In this document: in pieces, positions 10,612 to 20,413 of the stretch
Layout of the letters: each line of letters opens with the position of its first letter
How positions within the stretch are numbered: the first letter of the stretch is position 1
Source: Filimonas sp.
GTDB taxonomy: Bacteria > Bacteroidota > Bacteroidia > Chitinophagales > Chitinophagaceae
Direction: 5' to 3'
NCBI GenBank assembly: GCA_017306865.1
Contig: JAFKHH010000017.1
Location: forward strand, 35,453 to 99,452
DNA length: 64,000 nucleotides
Made by a program: the position numbers and the translations under genes
Notes under the pieces: generated by a model
The model's input: the letters and a program-made list of their open reading frames with translations, nothing else
Database searches by the model: none
What the model was told of the DNA's origin: nothing

Positions 10612-10770
10612 CGACCGACAACCGCCTTTTTCAGCGTATCAAAACGGGTTTTCGGACATTTTCCGGGGCTGTCGGACGTTTAAAACGGTTGGTCGAATAA
10701 AAAAAAAGCCCGGTAAAAGTCGTTGCATTTTTGAACTGTCAAATTCAAAACACTGCAAAATCAAACAAAG

Positions 10771-13182
10771 ATGAAAACAATTTTCACCCTATTTCTAAGC
10801 CTTGTGTTCTTCGCTTCTTTCGGACAAAAAACTACTGGCAGCATTACAGGCCAGGTAACAGACGACAATGGAAAAGCATTATTCTCCGCATCTATTTCTT
10901 TGTCTACTAAAACCGGCACTGTTGTAAAAGGAACAATTTCAGATTCTACCGGCACATACAAATTTGAAAAACTAAAAGACGGAGAATATTTGTTATCAGC
11001 TACCATGCTTGGCTACTCAAGTGCGAAAAGTGAAGCCATTACTATAACAAACGGCAGTACAGAATCAGCTAAACTACTTGTATTGAATGCCGCTGCGGGA
11101 AGCCTGCATAGTGTAACGGTAACGGCACAAAAGAAGTTGTATGAAATGCAACCGGACAAAATGGTAATGAATATAGAGAACAGTATTCTTGCTACAGGTA
11201 ATACGGCATTTGATGTACTGAAAAAAGCACCCGCTGTTACTACAGATAAAGATGACAACATCTTATTGAAAGGCGCAGCGGTAGCCATCTACATAGACGG
11301 AAAGATCTCTTACCTCTCAGGTGCACAACTATCAGAATATTTAAAAAGCCTGCCTGCTGATGCCATCAGCAAAATAGAGATCATCACCAACCCATCCAGC
11401 AAATATGATGCAGCAGGTAGTGCTGGTATTATTAATATTAAACTAAAGAAAAATACGGCTAACGGCCTGAACGGTACTGCAAGCATTAGCCTTGGTAAAG
11501 GAAGATACCAAAGAGGCAACACGGGCGCTGCATTGAATTACAGGAACAATAAGATCAATATTTTTGGCAGCGGCTACTTTGGCTATAGTGAATCATACAA
11601 CCAACTTACATATAACAGCGTTATCACAAATACCAGCGGCACATCATACCAGGACAGGGAAAACTACTGGCATCCAAAAACACTTTGGGGCAACTTTAAA
11701 ACAGGTGTTGATTATAGCATTACTAAAAACAGCACGATCGGCTTTTTGATCAATGGTAACTCCAGCTCATCTAAAACACGCACAGACAACAGCACCATTT
11801 TTAATGATGCTGCGCACACGCCTGAAAGCTCTATCATAACAGAATCTTTCGATACTGGCCGCTACAACAATATTACATACAACGTAAACTACAAGGCTAC
11901 ATTAGATACTGCAGGTAGCGAACTAAACATTGATGCAGATTATGCTCAATACAAAAACAGGACATATACAGAGAACACCAATAGGTTTTGGGGAACCAAA
12001 AATGAAATTGCACGCGATCCGTATATCTTCCGTACTATTCAGCCAGCGGACATTAAAGTAAAATCATTCAAAGCAGATTACACGTACTACTTCAAAAACA
12101 AACTAAAAATGGAAGTAGGCGGCAAAATAAGTTTTGTAGAAACTGATAACAATATGACTGCAGACTCTCTGTTAAGCGGCAAATGGACAACAGACTATAA
12201 CAGGTCAAACAGGTTTATCTACAAGGAGAATATCAATGCAGCGTATGTAACACTATCAAAAGCATTCGGCAATACAAACATACAGGCCGGCCTGCGTGCA
12301 GAACAAACGAATAGCACAGGTAACTCCATAACACTTAACCGAATAGACAAACGCAACTATCTCGATTTCTTCCCTACATTATTCATCACACAAAAGTTAA
12401 ACGACAAAAACGAGATCAACTTTAGCTATACACGCCGCATCAGGCGCCCGGGTTATCAAAGCCTGAATCCTTTTGTAAGCTACATGGACCCATATACTTA
12501 CTTTGAAGGCAACCCATTCTTAAAACCATCTTACACTAACTCAGTAGAAGTAAAATATGGTTTCAAACAATTCTTATTCTTCAGCCTTAGCTACAGGCAT
12601 GCTACAGATGTTATGACTTCTGTTATCAGGCAAAACCAGGTTACAGGCGTAACAACAAACACTACAGAAAATGCAAACAGCTCTGATGATATCCGTTTAA
12701 ACGTTACAGCATCTATGCCATTAACAAAATGGTGGAATAGTGATAACAACTTGTCCATAGCTTATGGCAAAGAAAAATCTGCGATCAAAGATTTCGAATA
12801 CGACCAGAAAGCATTTGGCGCAGGCATCAACAGCAGCAACACATTCACTTTAGTAAAAGGATTTCGCTTACAGGCAGATGTGTATTACTATACACCATCT
12901 CGCGATGGATTAACAAAAACAAAAAGTTCATACAGTGTAGACCTGGGTGTACAGAAACAAATAATGAACAAAAAAGCTACAATAAAATTTACTGCATCAA
13001 ATGTCATTGGCCCAAGCGCATACCGTGCGCAGATCCAGAGCGACATGCTTAACACCAATTGGGTAAACAAATGGGAAGGCCGTCGCTACACTTTATCATT
13101 CAGCTACAAGTTTGGCAACAAAAATGTAAAAGCAAACCGTAGCAGAAGCACAGCTTCACAAGACGAAAAGAACAGGCTGTAA
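10771..13182 (+). CDS. outer-membrane beta-barrel protein with N-terminal carboxypeptidase-regulatory-like domain (TonB-dependent receptor-like)
   Basis: Signal peptide, CarbopepD_reg-like stretch (GSITGQVTDDNGKAL...), plug-like segment and a long beta-barrel region. It is divergent from the LytTR two-component system. Confidence 0.8.
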   Translation: MKTIFTLFLSLVFFASFGQKTTGSITGQVTDDNGKALFSASISLSTKTGTVVKGTISDSTGTYKFEKLKDGEYLLSATMLGYSSAKSEAITITNGSTESAKLLVLNAAAGSLHSVTVTAQKKLYEMQPDKMVMNIENSILATGNTAFDVLKKAPAVTTDKDDNILLKGAAVAIYIDGKISYLSGAQLSEYLKSLPADAISKIEIITNPSSKYDAAGSAGIINIKLKKNTANGLNGTASISLGKGRYQRGNTGAALNYRNNKINIFGSGYFGYSESYNQLTYNSVITNTSGTSYQDRENYWHPKTLWGNFKTGVDYSITKNSTIGFLINGNSSSSKTRTDNSTIFNDAAHTPESSIITESFDTGRYNNITYNVNYKATLDTAGSELNIDADYAQYKNRTYTENTNRFWGTKNEIARDPYIFRTIQPADIKVKSFKADYTYYFKNKLKMEVGGKISFVETDNNMTADSLLSGKWTTDYNRSNRFIYKENINAAYVTLSKAFGNTNIQAGLRAEQTNSTGNSITLNRIDKRNYLDFFPTLFITQKLNDKNEINFSYTRRIRRPGYQSLNPFVSYMDPYTYFEGNPFLKPSYTNSVEVKYGFKQFLFFSLSYRHATDVMTSVIRQNQVTGVTTNTTENANSSDDIRLNVTASMPLTKWWNSDNNLSIAYGKEKSAIKDFEYDQKAFGAGINSSNTFTLVKGFRLQADVYYYTPSRDGLTKTKSSYSVDLGVQKQIMNKKATIKFTASNVIGPSAYRAQIQSDMLNTNWVNKWEGRRYTLSFSYKFGNKNVKANRSRSTASQDEKNRL

Positions 13183-13211
13183 AAAGAAGTTTTCATCTTT
13201 GACAAAAAGAA

Positions 13212-13247
13212 GCGGTAGTCCGGAAGGGCTACCGTTTTCTTTTGCAA
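13212..13247 (+). terminator. rho-independent terminator
   Basis: cggtag...ctaccg hairpin followed by ttttcttttg. Confidence 0.55.
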
Positions 13248-13895
13248 TAAGGTGTCAAAATTCAATGTAGCTACAGCAAACAAACGTTCGCGTAAAACCG
13301 TTTATCCCCCAGATACGCAGAAAATACCCCATATTTACCGTTCATCACACATACTTATCCGTTCTTCCCTACGCAAGTCCCGCTGCTCACTAAAACACAT
13401 ACAGGCAGATTGTTTCCTCCTATATCTTTACATCATCAAACAAACAGGGAGCCAGTCTCCTTACTATTATGAACCACATTATTGCGTCTTTGCTCGCAAA
13501 CTTTCGCCAAAGAGTTAAACCGCCAGCCATATTCCGCTTATAACACTGCGATCTATATGTAGCGTTCCTTTTTGCAACCAGGCAAACTGAGGCAGTTTAA
13601 TCTACCATTTTCCAAACAACAGTTCAGAACAAACTAATTGACTTTGCGATGAAACCATTGATAATGGTCATTGTGCTTGCAGGCATAGCTATGTCTGTAT
13701 TCCGTAAACATATTTGCCAGAAAGGTCTTTCTGTTACCAGGCAGGTAAGAAAAATAAAAAAACTTATCCCTGCACAGCAAGACTCGCAACCATCCCGTCA
13801 TTCCATTTTCTTCAAAGAAATATGGTAATGCAAATAGATGCAGGCATTTGAACGTTTTATACAATCAACTATAATTTTTTAATCAAAAGAAAACT

Positions 13896-15806
13896 ATGAA
13901 CATGACAACCCTTTTCACTAGTTACTGGTGGGTAGCTGTTTTATTGCTATCACTGCTGTTGTACAAATTTATCCTGCGAATGTTCTTCGGTATGGTGATC
14001 GTACCGGAAAACAGGATAGGATTGGTCACTAAAAAATTCGTGCTCGTTGGTTCAAACCGCGGGTTGCCTGATGGCCGCATCATTGCGACAAAAGGTGAAG
14101 CAGGTTTCCAGGCACAGACATTGGCTCCCGGTTTGTATTGGGGCATGTGGCCATGGCAGTATGGAGTAGAAATGCAGCCATTCATTGTAATACCCGAAGG
14201 CAAGATCGGTCTTGTGCTTGCAAACGACGGTGCCATGTTGCCAACAGGTAATATACTCGGCCGTAAAGTAGAGTGCGACAACTTCCAGGACACGCAAAAA
14301 TTCCTGGAAAACAGCGGGCAGAAAGGTAGACAAACAGCTTTACTTACCGCAGGTACTTATCGTATCAACTCGTATGCTTTTACAATTACGATCACAGACA
14401 TGACCATCATTAATGAAAACATGGTGGGCATTGTAACCACGCTGGATGGTCAGCCGGTAAGAGCCGGACAGATAGCAGGTGAGCATATAGATGGTCATAA
14501 CAACTTCCAGGACATTGACAGCTTCCTGGCAAATGGAGGTAACCGAGGTCTGCAGCCGCAGGTGATGCTGGCAGGTAGCTATTTCATAAACCAATGGGCA
14601 GTGCAGATAGAAGAGATCCCAATGACAGAAGTACCGATTGGTAATGTAGGTGTGGTGATCTCCTTTATTGGGGAAGATGGTAAAGACCTGTCGGGCGACA
14701 GCTTCAAACATGGCAACATTGTAAGCAAGGGCCATCGCGGTGTATGGATGGAACCTTTGGGACCGGGCAAATACCCGATCAATAAATATACGATGAAGGT
14801 AGAGCTGGTGCCAACTACAAACCTTGTGCTGAACTGGGCAAATGCACGCAGCGAAGCGCATGCGCTGGACAAAAATCTGAGTACGATCACTGTTCGTTCC
14901 AAGGACGGTTTCCCTTTCAACCTGGACGTTTCGCAGATCATACACATCCCTGCGAATGAAGCGCCTAAAGTGATTGCGCGATTTGGTAGTATGAACAACC
15001 TGGTATCACAGGTACTGGAACCTACCATCGGTAACTACTTCCGTAACAGTGCGCAGGATAGTGATGTGATCAGCTTCTTGTCTACCCGTAAAGAAAGACA
15101 ACAGGCAGCGAAAGAGCACATCAAAGCTGTGCTTGATGAATACAACGTTAACGCTGTGGATACGTTGATCGGTGACATCGTACCACCTGAAGCATTGATG
15201 AAAACATTAACGGACAGGAAGATTGCGCAGGAGGAAGAAAAAACCTACGAAACGCAACGAATGGCACAGGAGAAAAGACAAGGCGTAGAGAAAGAAACGG
15301 CTATCGCAGATATGCAGAAAGAGATCGTAAAAGCGCAACAAAGCGTAGAGATCGCACAACGCACTGCAGATGCTGCGGTGAAAAAAGCCGAAGGTGATGC
15401 GACCAGCCTGAAACTGCAAGTGAATGCAGAAGCTGAGGCAACGAAGATGCGTGCAAGCGCAGAAGCCGAAGCTACTAAAGCAAGAGCTGCTGCCGGCGCA
15501 GAAGCCACCAAATTAAATGCCGTTGCTGACGCTGAAAAAATTGCTAAAACTGGTCTGGCCGAAGCTGAAAAGATCATGGCGATCGGTAAGTCTACCGCAG
15601 AGGCTTACGAGCTGCAGGTAAAAGCGATGGGCGGTGACAACTTTACCAAATTCAAGATCACGGAAGAGATCGGTAAAGGCAACATTAAGATCATACCTGA
15701 CCTGGTCGTTAGCGGAAGCAATGGTAGTGAAGGTAGCCTGAGCGGCCTGATGGGCTTACAACTATTAGATATGTTGAAAGATAAGAAAGACAACCCTAAA
15801 TCCTAA
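13896..15806 (+). CDS. flotillin-family SPFH/band-7 protein with a long Ala/Glu-rich coiled-coil tail
   Basis: N-terminal TM helix, SPFH domain, and C-terminal repeats AEAEATKMRASAEAEATKARAAAGAEATKLNAVADAEKIAK typical of flotillin/YqiK proteins. Confidence 0.8.
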   Translation: MNMTTLFTSYWWVAVLLLSLLLYKFILRMFFGMVIVPENRIGLVTKKFVLVGSNRGLPDGRIIATKGEAGFQAQTLAPGLYWGMWPWQYGVEMQPFIVIPEGKIGLVLANDGAMLPTGNILGRKVECDNFQDTQKFLENSGQKGRQTALLTAGTYRINSYAFTITITDMTIINENMVGIVTTLDGQPVRAGQIAGEHIDGHNNFQDIDSFLANGGNRGLQPQVMLAGSYFINQWAVQIEEIPMTEVPIGNVGVVISFIGEDGKDLSGDSFKHGNIVSKGHRGVWMEPLGPGKYPINKYTMKVELVPTTNLVLNWANARSEAHALDKNLSTITVRSKDGFPFNLDVSQIIHIPANEAPKVIARFGSMNNLVSQVLEPTIGNYFRNSAQDSDVISFLSTRKERQQAAKEHIKAVLDEYNVNAVDTLIGDIVPPEALMKTLTDRKIAQEEEKTYETQRMAQEKRQGVEKETAIADMQKEIVKAQQSVEIAQRTADAAVKKAEGDATSLKLQVNAEAEATKMRASAEAEATKARAAAGAEATKLNAVADAEKIAKTGLAEAEKIMAIGKSTAEAYELQVKAMGGDNFTKFKITEEIGKGNIKIIPDLVVSGSNGSEGSLSGLMGLQLLDMLKDKKDNPKS

Positions 15807-15871
15807 CCTTTCGAAGACTTGACCCTTAACCCTGGCGCCGGTGTGCTTTTGCACCCGGCGTCTTTTTTTGA

Positions 15872-16333
15872 TTACAGGTACACTTCCATTTTTATATCTG
15901 CACGTTCATACGGCGTCTCAGCCATTGGTATTTCCTTAAAGCCAAGTTTGAGATACAGGTTTATTGCAGGCGTTAATATACGGTTCGATTCCAACCATAC
16001 ATAAGTAGCGCCTTCGTCTTTTGCTTTTCGCAAGGCAGCACGACCTAATTGATCTCCAATTTTTTTTCCCTGGGCCGACGGATCAACAGCCATCTTCACT
16101 AATTCAAAAGCATCTTCCCCTGTTTTTACCAATGCACAAACACCTACCACGTTCTCATCCAGTTTTGCTACCAGTATATGACCTCCTTTTGAAATAATAT
16201 ACCCATCCGGATCACTCAACTGCTCCAGGTCATGCTCTTCCACTTTAAAATATTTCTCAATCCAGGCCACATTCAGCCTTTTGAAATCTTCCGCATATTG
16301 CGGGTTGTAATCAACTATTGTAACGTTTTCCAT
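15872..16333 (-). CDS. GNAT family N-acetyltransferase
   Basis: 153-aa ORF with an acetyl-CoA binding motif (QGKKIGDQLGRAAL). Confidence 0.75.
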   Translation of the reverse strand: MENVTIVDYNPQYAEDFKRLNVAWIEKYFKVEEHDLEQLSDPDGYIISKGGHILVAKLDENVVGVCALVKTGEDAFELVKMAVDPSAQGKKIGDQLGRAALRKAKDEGATYVWLESNRILTPAINLYLKLGFKEIPMAETPYERADIKMEVYL

Positions 16334-16338
16334 AAATC

Positions 16339-16370
16339 AATGTACGATGTTAGATGTACGATGTAGTGAT
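16339..16370. repeat. solo copy of repeat family 2 terminal sequence (ATGTACGATGTTAGATGTACGATGT)
   Basis: Same 25-mer as the terminal inverted repeats of the elements at 22862-22977 and 35761-35877. Confidence 0.6.
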
Positions 16371-16471
16371 GTATTGTCATATTGCTGAATGGTTGAATTG
16401 TTGGGGCGTATCCTGCTTTCCCATCGATTCAACAATGTAGCCATATAACAATTCAACAATTTGCAGCTCAT

Positions 16472-16960
16472 TCACGATTGACGATTCGCTTCTGTAAATC
16501 TTTTATAATACGGTTTCTCTTCCAACATAGCCTCCATTTCTTCCAGCGCACGCAACAAATGATTTTCCTGCATACGCATCAGCTTCTTATTTAGTTTATC
16601 AATCTTCGTCCAGATCTCCTGGAATTCAGGCAACGACGCTTTTCCTTTTTTAGACAACGTCAGCAATCGTTTTCTATTGTCATCCGGTGATTTCACAGAC
16701 ATTATATATCCCTTCTTCTCCAGGTCTTTAGCCAGGTGTATAATAGCAGGATGTGTCAGGCTCAACTCTTCAGCAGCCTCCATAATACCTATTTGTCCCC
16801 GCTCACTGATCAGGTAGAATAAGGTGAAATACTTCGGGTCAAAATCCAGGTTATGATCTGTATAAATACGAACCACGTCTCTTGACAACAGGTCATACAA
16901 CCTGCGCATTCTTGCACCTATAGCCAGCTCACCCAGTTCATTAATAATATTATCTGCCAT
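16472..16960 (-). CDS. MarR family transcriptional regulator
   Basis: Winged-helix MarR signature (...LTHPAIIHLAKDLEKKGYIMSVKSPDDNRKRLLTLSKKG...). Start trimmed to the Met at 16960. Confidence 0.8.
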   Translation of the reverse strand: MADNIINELGELAIGARMRRLYDLLSRDVVRIYTDHNLDFDPKYFTLFYLISERGQIGIMEAAEELSLTHPAIIHLAKDLEKKGYIMSVKSPDDNRKRLLTLSKKGKASLPEFQEIWTKIDKLNKKLMRMQENHLLRALEEMEAMLEEKPYYKRFTEANRQS

Positions 16961-17056
16961 AATAGGTAAATAAATACGTAAATGTTTACGTAAAATTAAA
17001 AACCCTGAATTACATAGCCAAATTTTTTCCCGTTTTACATTTCGTATCTTCAACGC

Positions 17057-17569
17057 ATGAGTATCCAGGTAGTTAAAGGAGACATTACAAAACAACAGGT
17101 AGACGCAATTGTAAACGCAGCAAATTCATCTTTGCTTGGCGGAGGTGGTGTAGACGGTGCCATTCACCGGGCTGCGGGAGCAGCTTTGCTGGAGGCATGC
17201 AGGGCTATCCGAAATAAACAGGGCAGTTGCAAAACCGGCGAAGCCGTTATAACCATTGCAGGCAATCTTTCTGCAAAGTTTGTAATCCACACAGTTGGCC
17301 CTGTCTGGAATGGAGGTAAAAGCAACGAGGAAACATTATTGAAAAATGCTTATCAAAATAGTTTGCAATTAGCTATAGACAATAATTGCACATCTATCGC
17401 CTTTCCCAATATCAGTACAGGGATCTACCATTTTCCAAAAGACAAAGCAGCGGCTATTGCGGTGCAGATTGTAAAAGATTTTGCAGCAACACATCCATCG
17501 CTGGAAGTTCGTTTTGTTTGCTATGATGAGGAGAATTACACGCTTTATCAACAGCTACTCGTGAATTAA
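17057..17569 (+). CDS. macro-domain protein (O-acetyl-ADP-ribose deacetylase, YmdB-like)
   Basis: [37 protein letters not shown] is the canonical macro-domain motif. Confidence 0.85.
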   Translation: MSIQVVKGDITKQQVDAIVNAANSSLLGGGGVDGAIHRAAGAALLEACRAIRNKQGSCKTGEAVITIAGNLSAKFVIHTVGPVWNGGKSNEETLLKNAYQNSLQLAIDNNCTSIAFPNISTGIYHFPKDKAAAIAVQIVKDFAATHPSLEVRFVCYDEENYTLYQQLLVN

Positions 17570-17573
17570 GCCT

Positions 17574-17690
17574 TTGCTCGCGGAAAACACAGAATGCGCG
17601 GAAAGGATACCAGATATTCCATATCTGCAAGAGCCGGTTATCAATGCGCTTTTAAGTGATATATGGAATATCTTTCACGAACAAGCACAG
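17574..17690. repeat. repeat family 4 (CTCGCGGAAAAC(A/G)CAGAAA...TTCTGCGTTTTC...CTGCGAG palindromic element with a CCAGATATTCCATATCTGCAAGAGCCGG core)
   Basis: Seven copies in the window: 17574, 18453, 19457, 36815, 55769, 60700 and 61759. Confidence 0.7.
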
Positions 17691-17707
17691 AATAACTTTA
17701 ATCAAAA

Positions 17708-18418
17708 TCAGTCTTCTTCCTGCTCATACCAGCTAGCAGGAAAACGCCAGTTAAATACCCTTGCGCAGAAGAGCACGATCAATATTAATGCACCAAAGAA
17801 ATAAGGGCTGTTCGTCCAGTCATTGTTTGGGTCTTTTTCATATTCTTCACGGATCATTTGACGGCGCACTTCCGGTGGAAGATATTTCACCATACTATCA
17901 GATGATCGCATAGCCATAGCACTATCTGCACTCTTTACTTTATTGTACGCCTCCGCAATATGAAACAATGAACCCACAGCAGCATTGAATCCCTTATAGT
18001 ACTTTCCTACACGGAACGCAGTATCTATACTAAACTTCACTATCGCTTCCATTGATTCCTGCGACGCAAAAAATGACAGATCACTTCCGGCTACAATCGC
18101 GGCTTCCTGCTTTTTTCCTGCAACAAGAATAAGCATACCATTGTGCTTACCGCTTTCTCCCAAACCCCAGGCATCAAGCAACACTTTTGCATAGGCCTCT
18201 ACCGATTCACCTTCAAACTGGGGAATAGTAACAATACTCAATTGAATGGCAGTTGTATCCGCAAATTTTTGCAGCCGTTTTTTTAATAGTTGATATTCGT
18301 TTGCAGACAATAAACGCGCGTTATCAGTCAGCAGGCCTTCAGGTTTTCTTAAAATATCCTGCGAAAAAGATGTGATTGTAAATACAAACAGGACAAGGGT
18401 AAAGACAATTTGTTTCAT
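17708..18418 (-). CDS. TPM-domain protein (YgcG/TLP18.3-like), secreted with a C-terminal TM anchor
   Basis: Signal peptide, TPM-domain core (AIQLSIVTIPQFEGESVEAYAKVLLDAWGLGESGKHNGMLILV), C-terminal hydrophobic helix. Confidence 0.75.
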   Translation of the reverse strand: MKQIVFTLVLFVFTITSFSQDILRKPEGLLTDNARLLSANEYQLLKKRLQKFADTTAIQLSIVTIPQFEGESVEAYAKVLLDAWGLGESGKHNGMLILVAGKKQEAAIVAGSDLSFFASQESMEAIVKFSIDTAFRVGKYYKGFNAAVGSLFHIAEAYNKVKSADSAMAMRSSDSMVKYLPPEVRRQMIREEYEKDPNNDWTNSPYFFGALILIVLFCARVFNWRFPASWYEQEED

Positions 18419-18452
18419 TTGGTTTAGGTCTTACCAAATGTAGCGTTATTTT

Positions 18453-18590
18453 TCTCCCGGAGAACGCAGAAAACACGAAAATCTGGCCAGATATTCCATA
18501 TTTGCAAGAGCCGGTTATCAATAATCTCTTAAGTGGGATATGAAGATCTTTCACGAAATTTTTCTGCGTATTCCGTGTTTTCTGCGAGCT
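18453..18590. repeat. repeat family 4 copy, upstream of the TPM gene
   Basis: Sequence identity to the copies at 17574 and 19457. Confidence 0.7.
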
Positions 18591-18593
18591 ATC

Positions 18594-19424
18594 TTACCAT
18601 GTATCACTAGCTCCTGATCCACCGCTGTCACCACCACCAAAATCACTACTATAGTCCGAATCGGAGGATGAAGAAGAGGAAGAATCGTTATGTGAAAAAG
18701 AATTGTCGGTGTTGTAATAAGAACTGTCACGCATATACTGATGCTGCCCATAATTCCAGCCACCGGGAAAAATCAATTTGCTTATCCATGAAATAGCAAC
18801 CAACAATGAAAGAAAGACGGCAAAAATAAACCCGCCAATCCCCCACTTCATTCCGGCGCTTACCTCTGGCTTATTAAAATCGGGAGAGAACGCAGGCGGT
18901 GTACTCATCTTCATTTGCAATGCTTGCTCTGCCTCAGCCTTTACACTTGGAAGCGATTCATTGCACAATGCTGTTGATGCTTTCAGCAATCCCAGGTAAT
19001 GTTGATTCTTTTTAAAGAAAGGAACAATATTATTTTTGATAATTGCTGCAGCTACATCATTCGTTACATACCGTTCAAGACCAAACCCAACCTCTATCCG
19101 GACTTTTCTTTCTTTAGCTGCAACCAAAATCAACAGACCGTTGTTTTTATCTTTCTGCCCTATACCCCAGGTATTGAATAGCTTCAAGGCATACGATTCT
19201 AAATCTACGCCATTTAACGAAGGGATAGTTACAATAGCTACTTGAATAGTAGTAGAGTCTGCAAAAGCATCGAGCCTTCGCTCAAGATCTTCAACCTGTA
19301 TTGAGGATAGCAGTTTTGCTTTATCAGTTACCAATCGCGTGGGCACGGGCTTAGGTAATACATCCTGCGCAAAGGAGGAAAATCTGGTAATCAGCAATAA
19401 CGCTAAAAAGAGAAATCGTTTCAT
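18594..19424 (-). CDS. TPM-domain protein, tandem paralog with a Ser/Gly/Asp-rich C-terminal tail
   Basis: Same architecture as the first TPM protein (VAIVTIPSLNGVDLESYALKLFNTWGIGQKDKNNGLLILV). Tail is SSSSSSDSDYSSDFGGGDSGGSG. Confidence 0.75.
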   Translation of the reverse strand: MKRFLFLALLLITRFSSFAQDVLPKPVPTRLVTDKAKLLSSIQVEDLERRLDAFADSTTIQVAIVTIPSLNGVDLESYALKLFNTWGIGQKDKNNGLLILVAAKERKVRIEVGFGLERYVTNDVAAAIIKNNIVPFFKKNQHYLGLLKASTALCNESLPSVKAEAEQALQMKMSTPPAFSPDFNKPEVSAGMKWGIGGFIFAVFLSLLVAISWISKLIFPGGWNYGQHQYMRDSSYYNTDNSFSHNDSSSSSSSDSDYSSDFGGGDSGGSGASDTW

Positions 19425-19456
19425 TTGGTTTAGGTCTTACCAAATGTAACGTTATT

Positions 19457-19580
19457 TTTCTCCCGGAGAGTGCAGAAAATGCGAAAATCCGGCCAGATAT
19501 TCCATATCTGCAAGACCCGGATATCAACAATCTTTAAAATGAGATATGGAATATCTTTCATGCCCCTGTTTTCTGCGAGC
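19457..19580. repeat. repeat family 4 copy, upstream of the second TPM gene
   Basis: Near-identical to 18453-18590, including the flanking ggtttaggtcttaccaaatgt. Confidence 0.7.
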
Positions 19581-19709
19581 CCGTTCTTAATTCTTAAGCC
19601 TGCTAAAAAAGAAAGCTCCATACCTTATGGTACAGAGCCTCTTATTTTACAGATGGTCGTTGGGGTTAATATTTTTATTGAACCTGCGAATCCCTATTTA
19701 CGATTCACG

Positions 19710-20174
19710 TTAATATCTAGCAAACCTATAACGCACCACATAGTTGTTGTTATGATACGTAGTTACCATACGGTTATTTGTAAAGCCCACGTCATTAAAA
19801 TACAAGTCCATTGTAGCACCGGTATAACTATCTACCAGGTGTAACTCCAATTCATCGTGAATGTCATTGTAATAGTTACCAAACTCATCATAATAGCCGC
19901 CGCTTACACGGCGCATATACCAGTCACCACGCATACTATTCCGGGCATCGCGATAAGTAATCGTGCCGCTGGAATAAAAATTGAATACACCATTTTCCAA
20001 TCCTGTATAAATAGATTGCCAGCCATAATAACCACCCTGCGCAGCATCAGTCAAAACCCAGGAACCAACTACAGGATTGTAATAGCCATCATCATAACGA
20101 CTGCGTGTGCAGGACGATAAAAAGATAATTACGGAAGCAACCAATGTTAAGCGTAAAAGTGTTTTCATAACCAA
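19710..20174 (-). CDS. hypothetical Tyr/Gly/Asn-rich lipoprotein
   Basis: Signal peptide with lipobox (LSSC). No recognisable domain. Confidence 0.5.
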   Translation of the reverse strand: MVMKTLLRLTLVASVIIFLSSCTRSRYDDGYYNPVVGSWVLTDAAQGGYYGWQSIYTGLENGVFNFYSSGTITYRDARNSMRGDWYMRRVSGGYYDEFGNYYNDIHDELELHLVDSYTGATMDLYFNDVGFTNNRMVTTYHNNNYVVRYRFARY

Positions 20175-20413
20175 TCATTTTTTGTGTGACAAGAAGGATT
20201 TGCACACAGCAATGCAACTTTGCTTCCACAATGCCAGAAATGCTTACCAGTGGTAGTATTTAGAAAATCTTTAACGAGGTAGTCGTAAAATGTGAATCGG
20301 TAATAGAGAATGAGATGCGGGTTGCTACGTTGTTATATGGCTACATTGTTGAATCGATGCGAAAGCTGAATACGTCAAAACAATACAACCATTAACCCAT
20401 AGAACAATTTCCA

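Noticed and set aside
13252-13864. ORFs 13252-13518 (+) and 13634-13864 (-) upstream of the flotillin gene. Similar short ORFs include 28015-28206, 51472-51706 and the many antisense ORFs inside the a2m and aspS genes.
   Set aside because: Low-complexity or atypical composition, no start context, overlap with better-supported genes or repeat elements. Treated as spurious.
17574-17804. Predicted small proteins beginning MLAENTE (17574-17804, 55769-56011) and the N-/C-terminal extensions of neighbouring genes through the same sequence.
   Set aside because: They are translations of the dispersed family-4 palindromic repeat. The identical peptide recurs wherever the repeat occurs, so they are not genuine genes.
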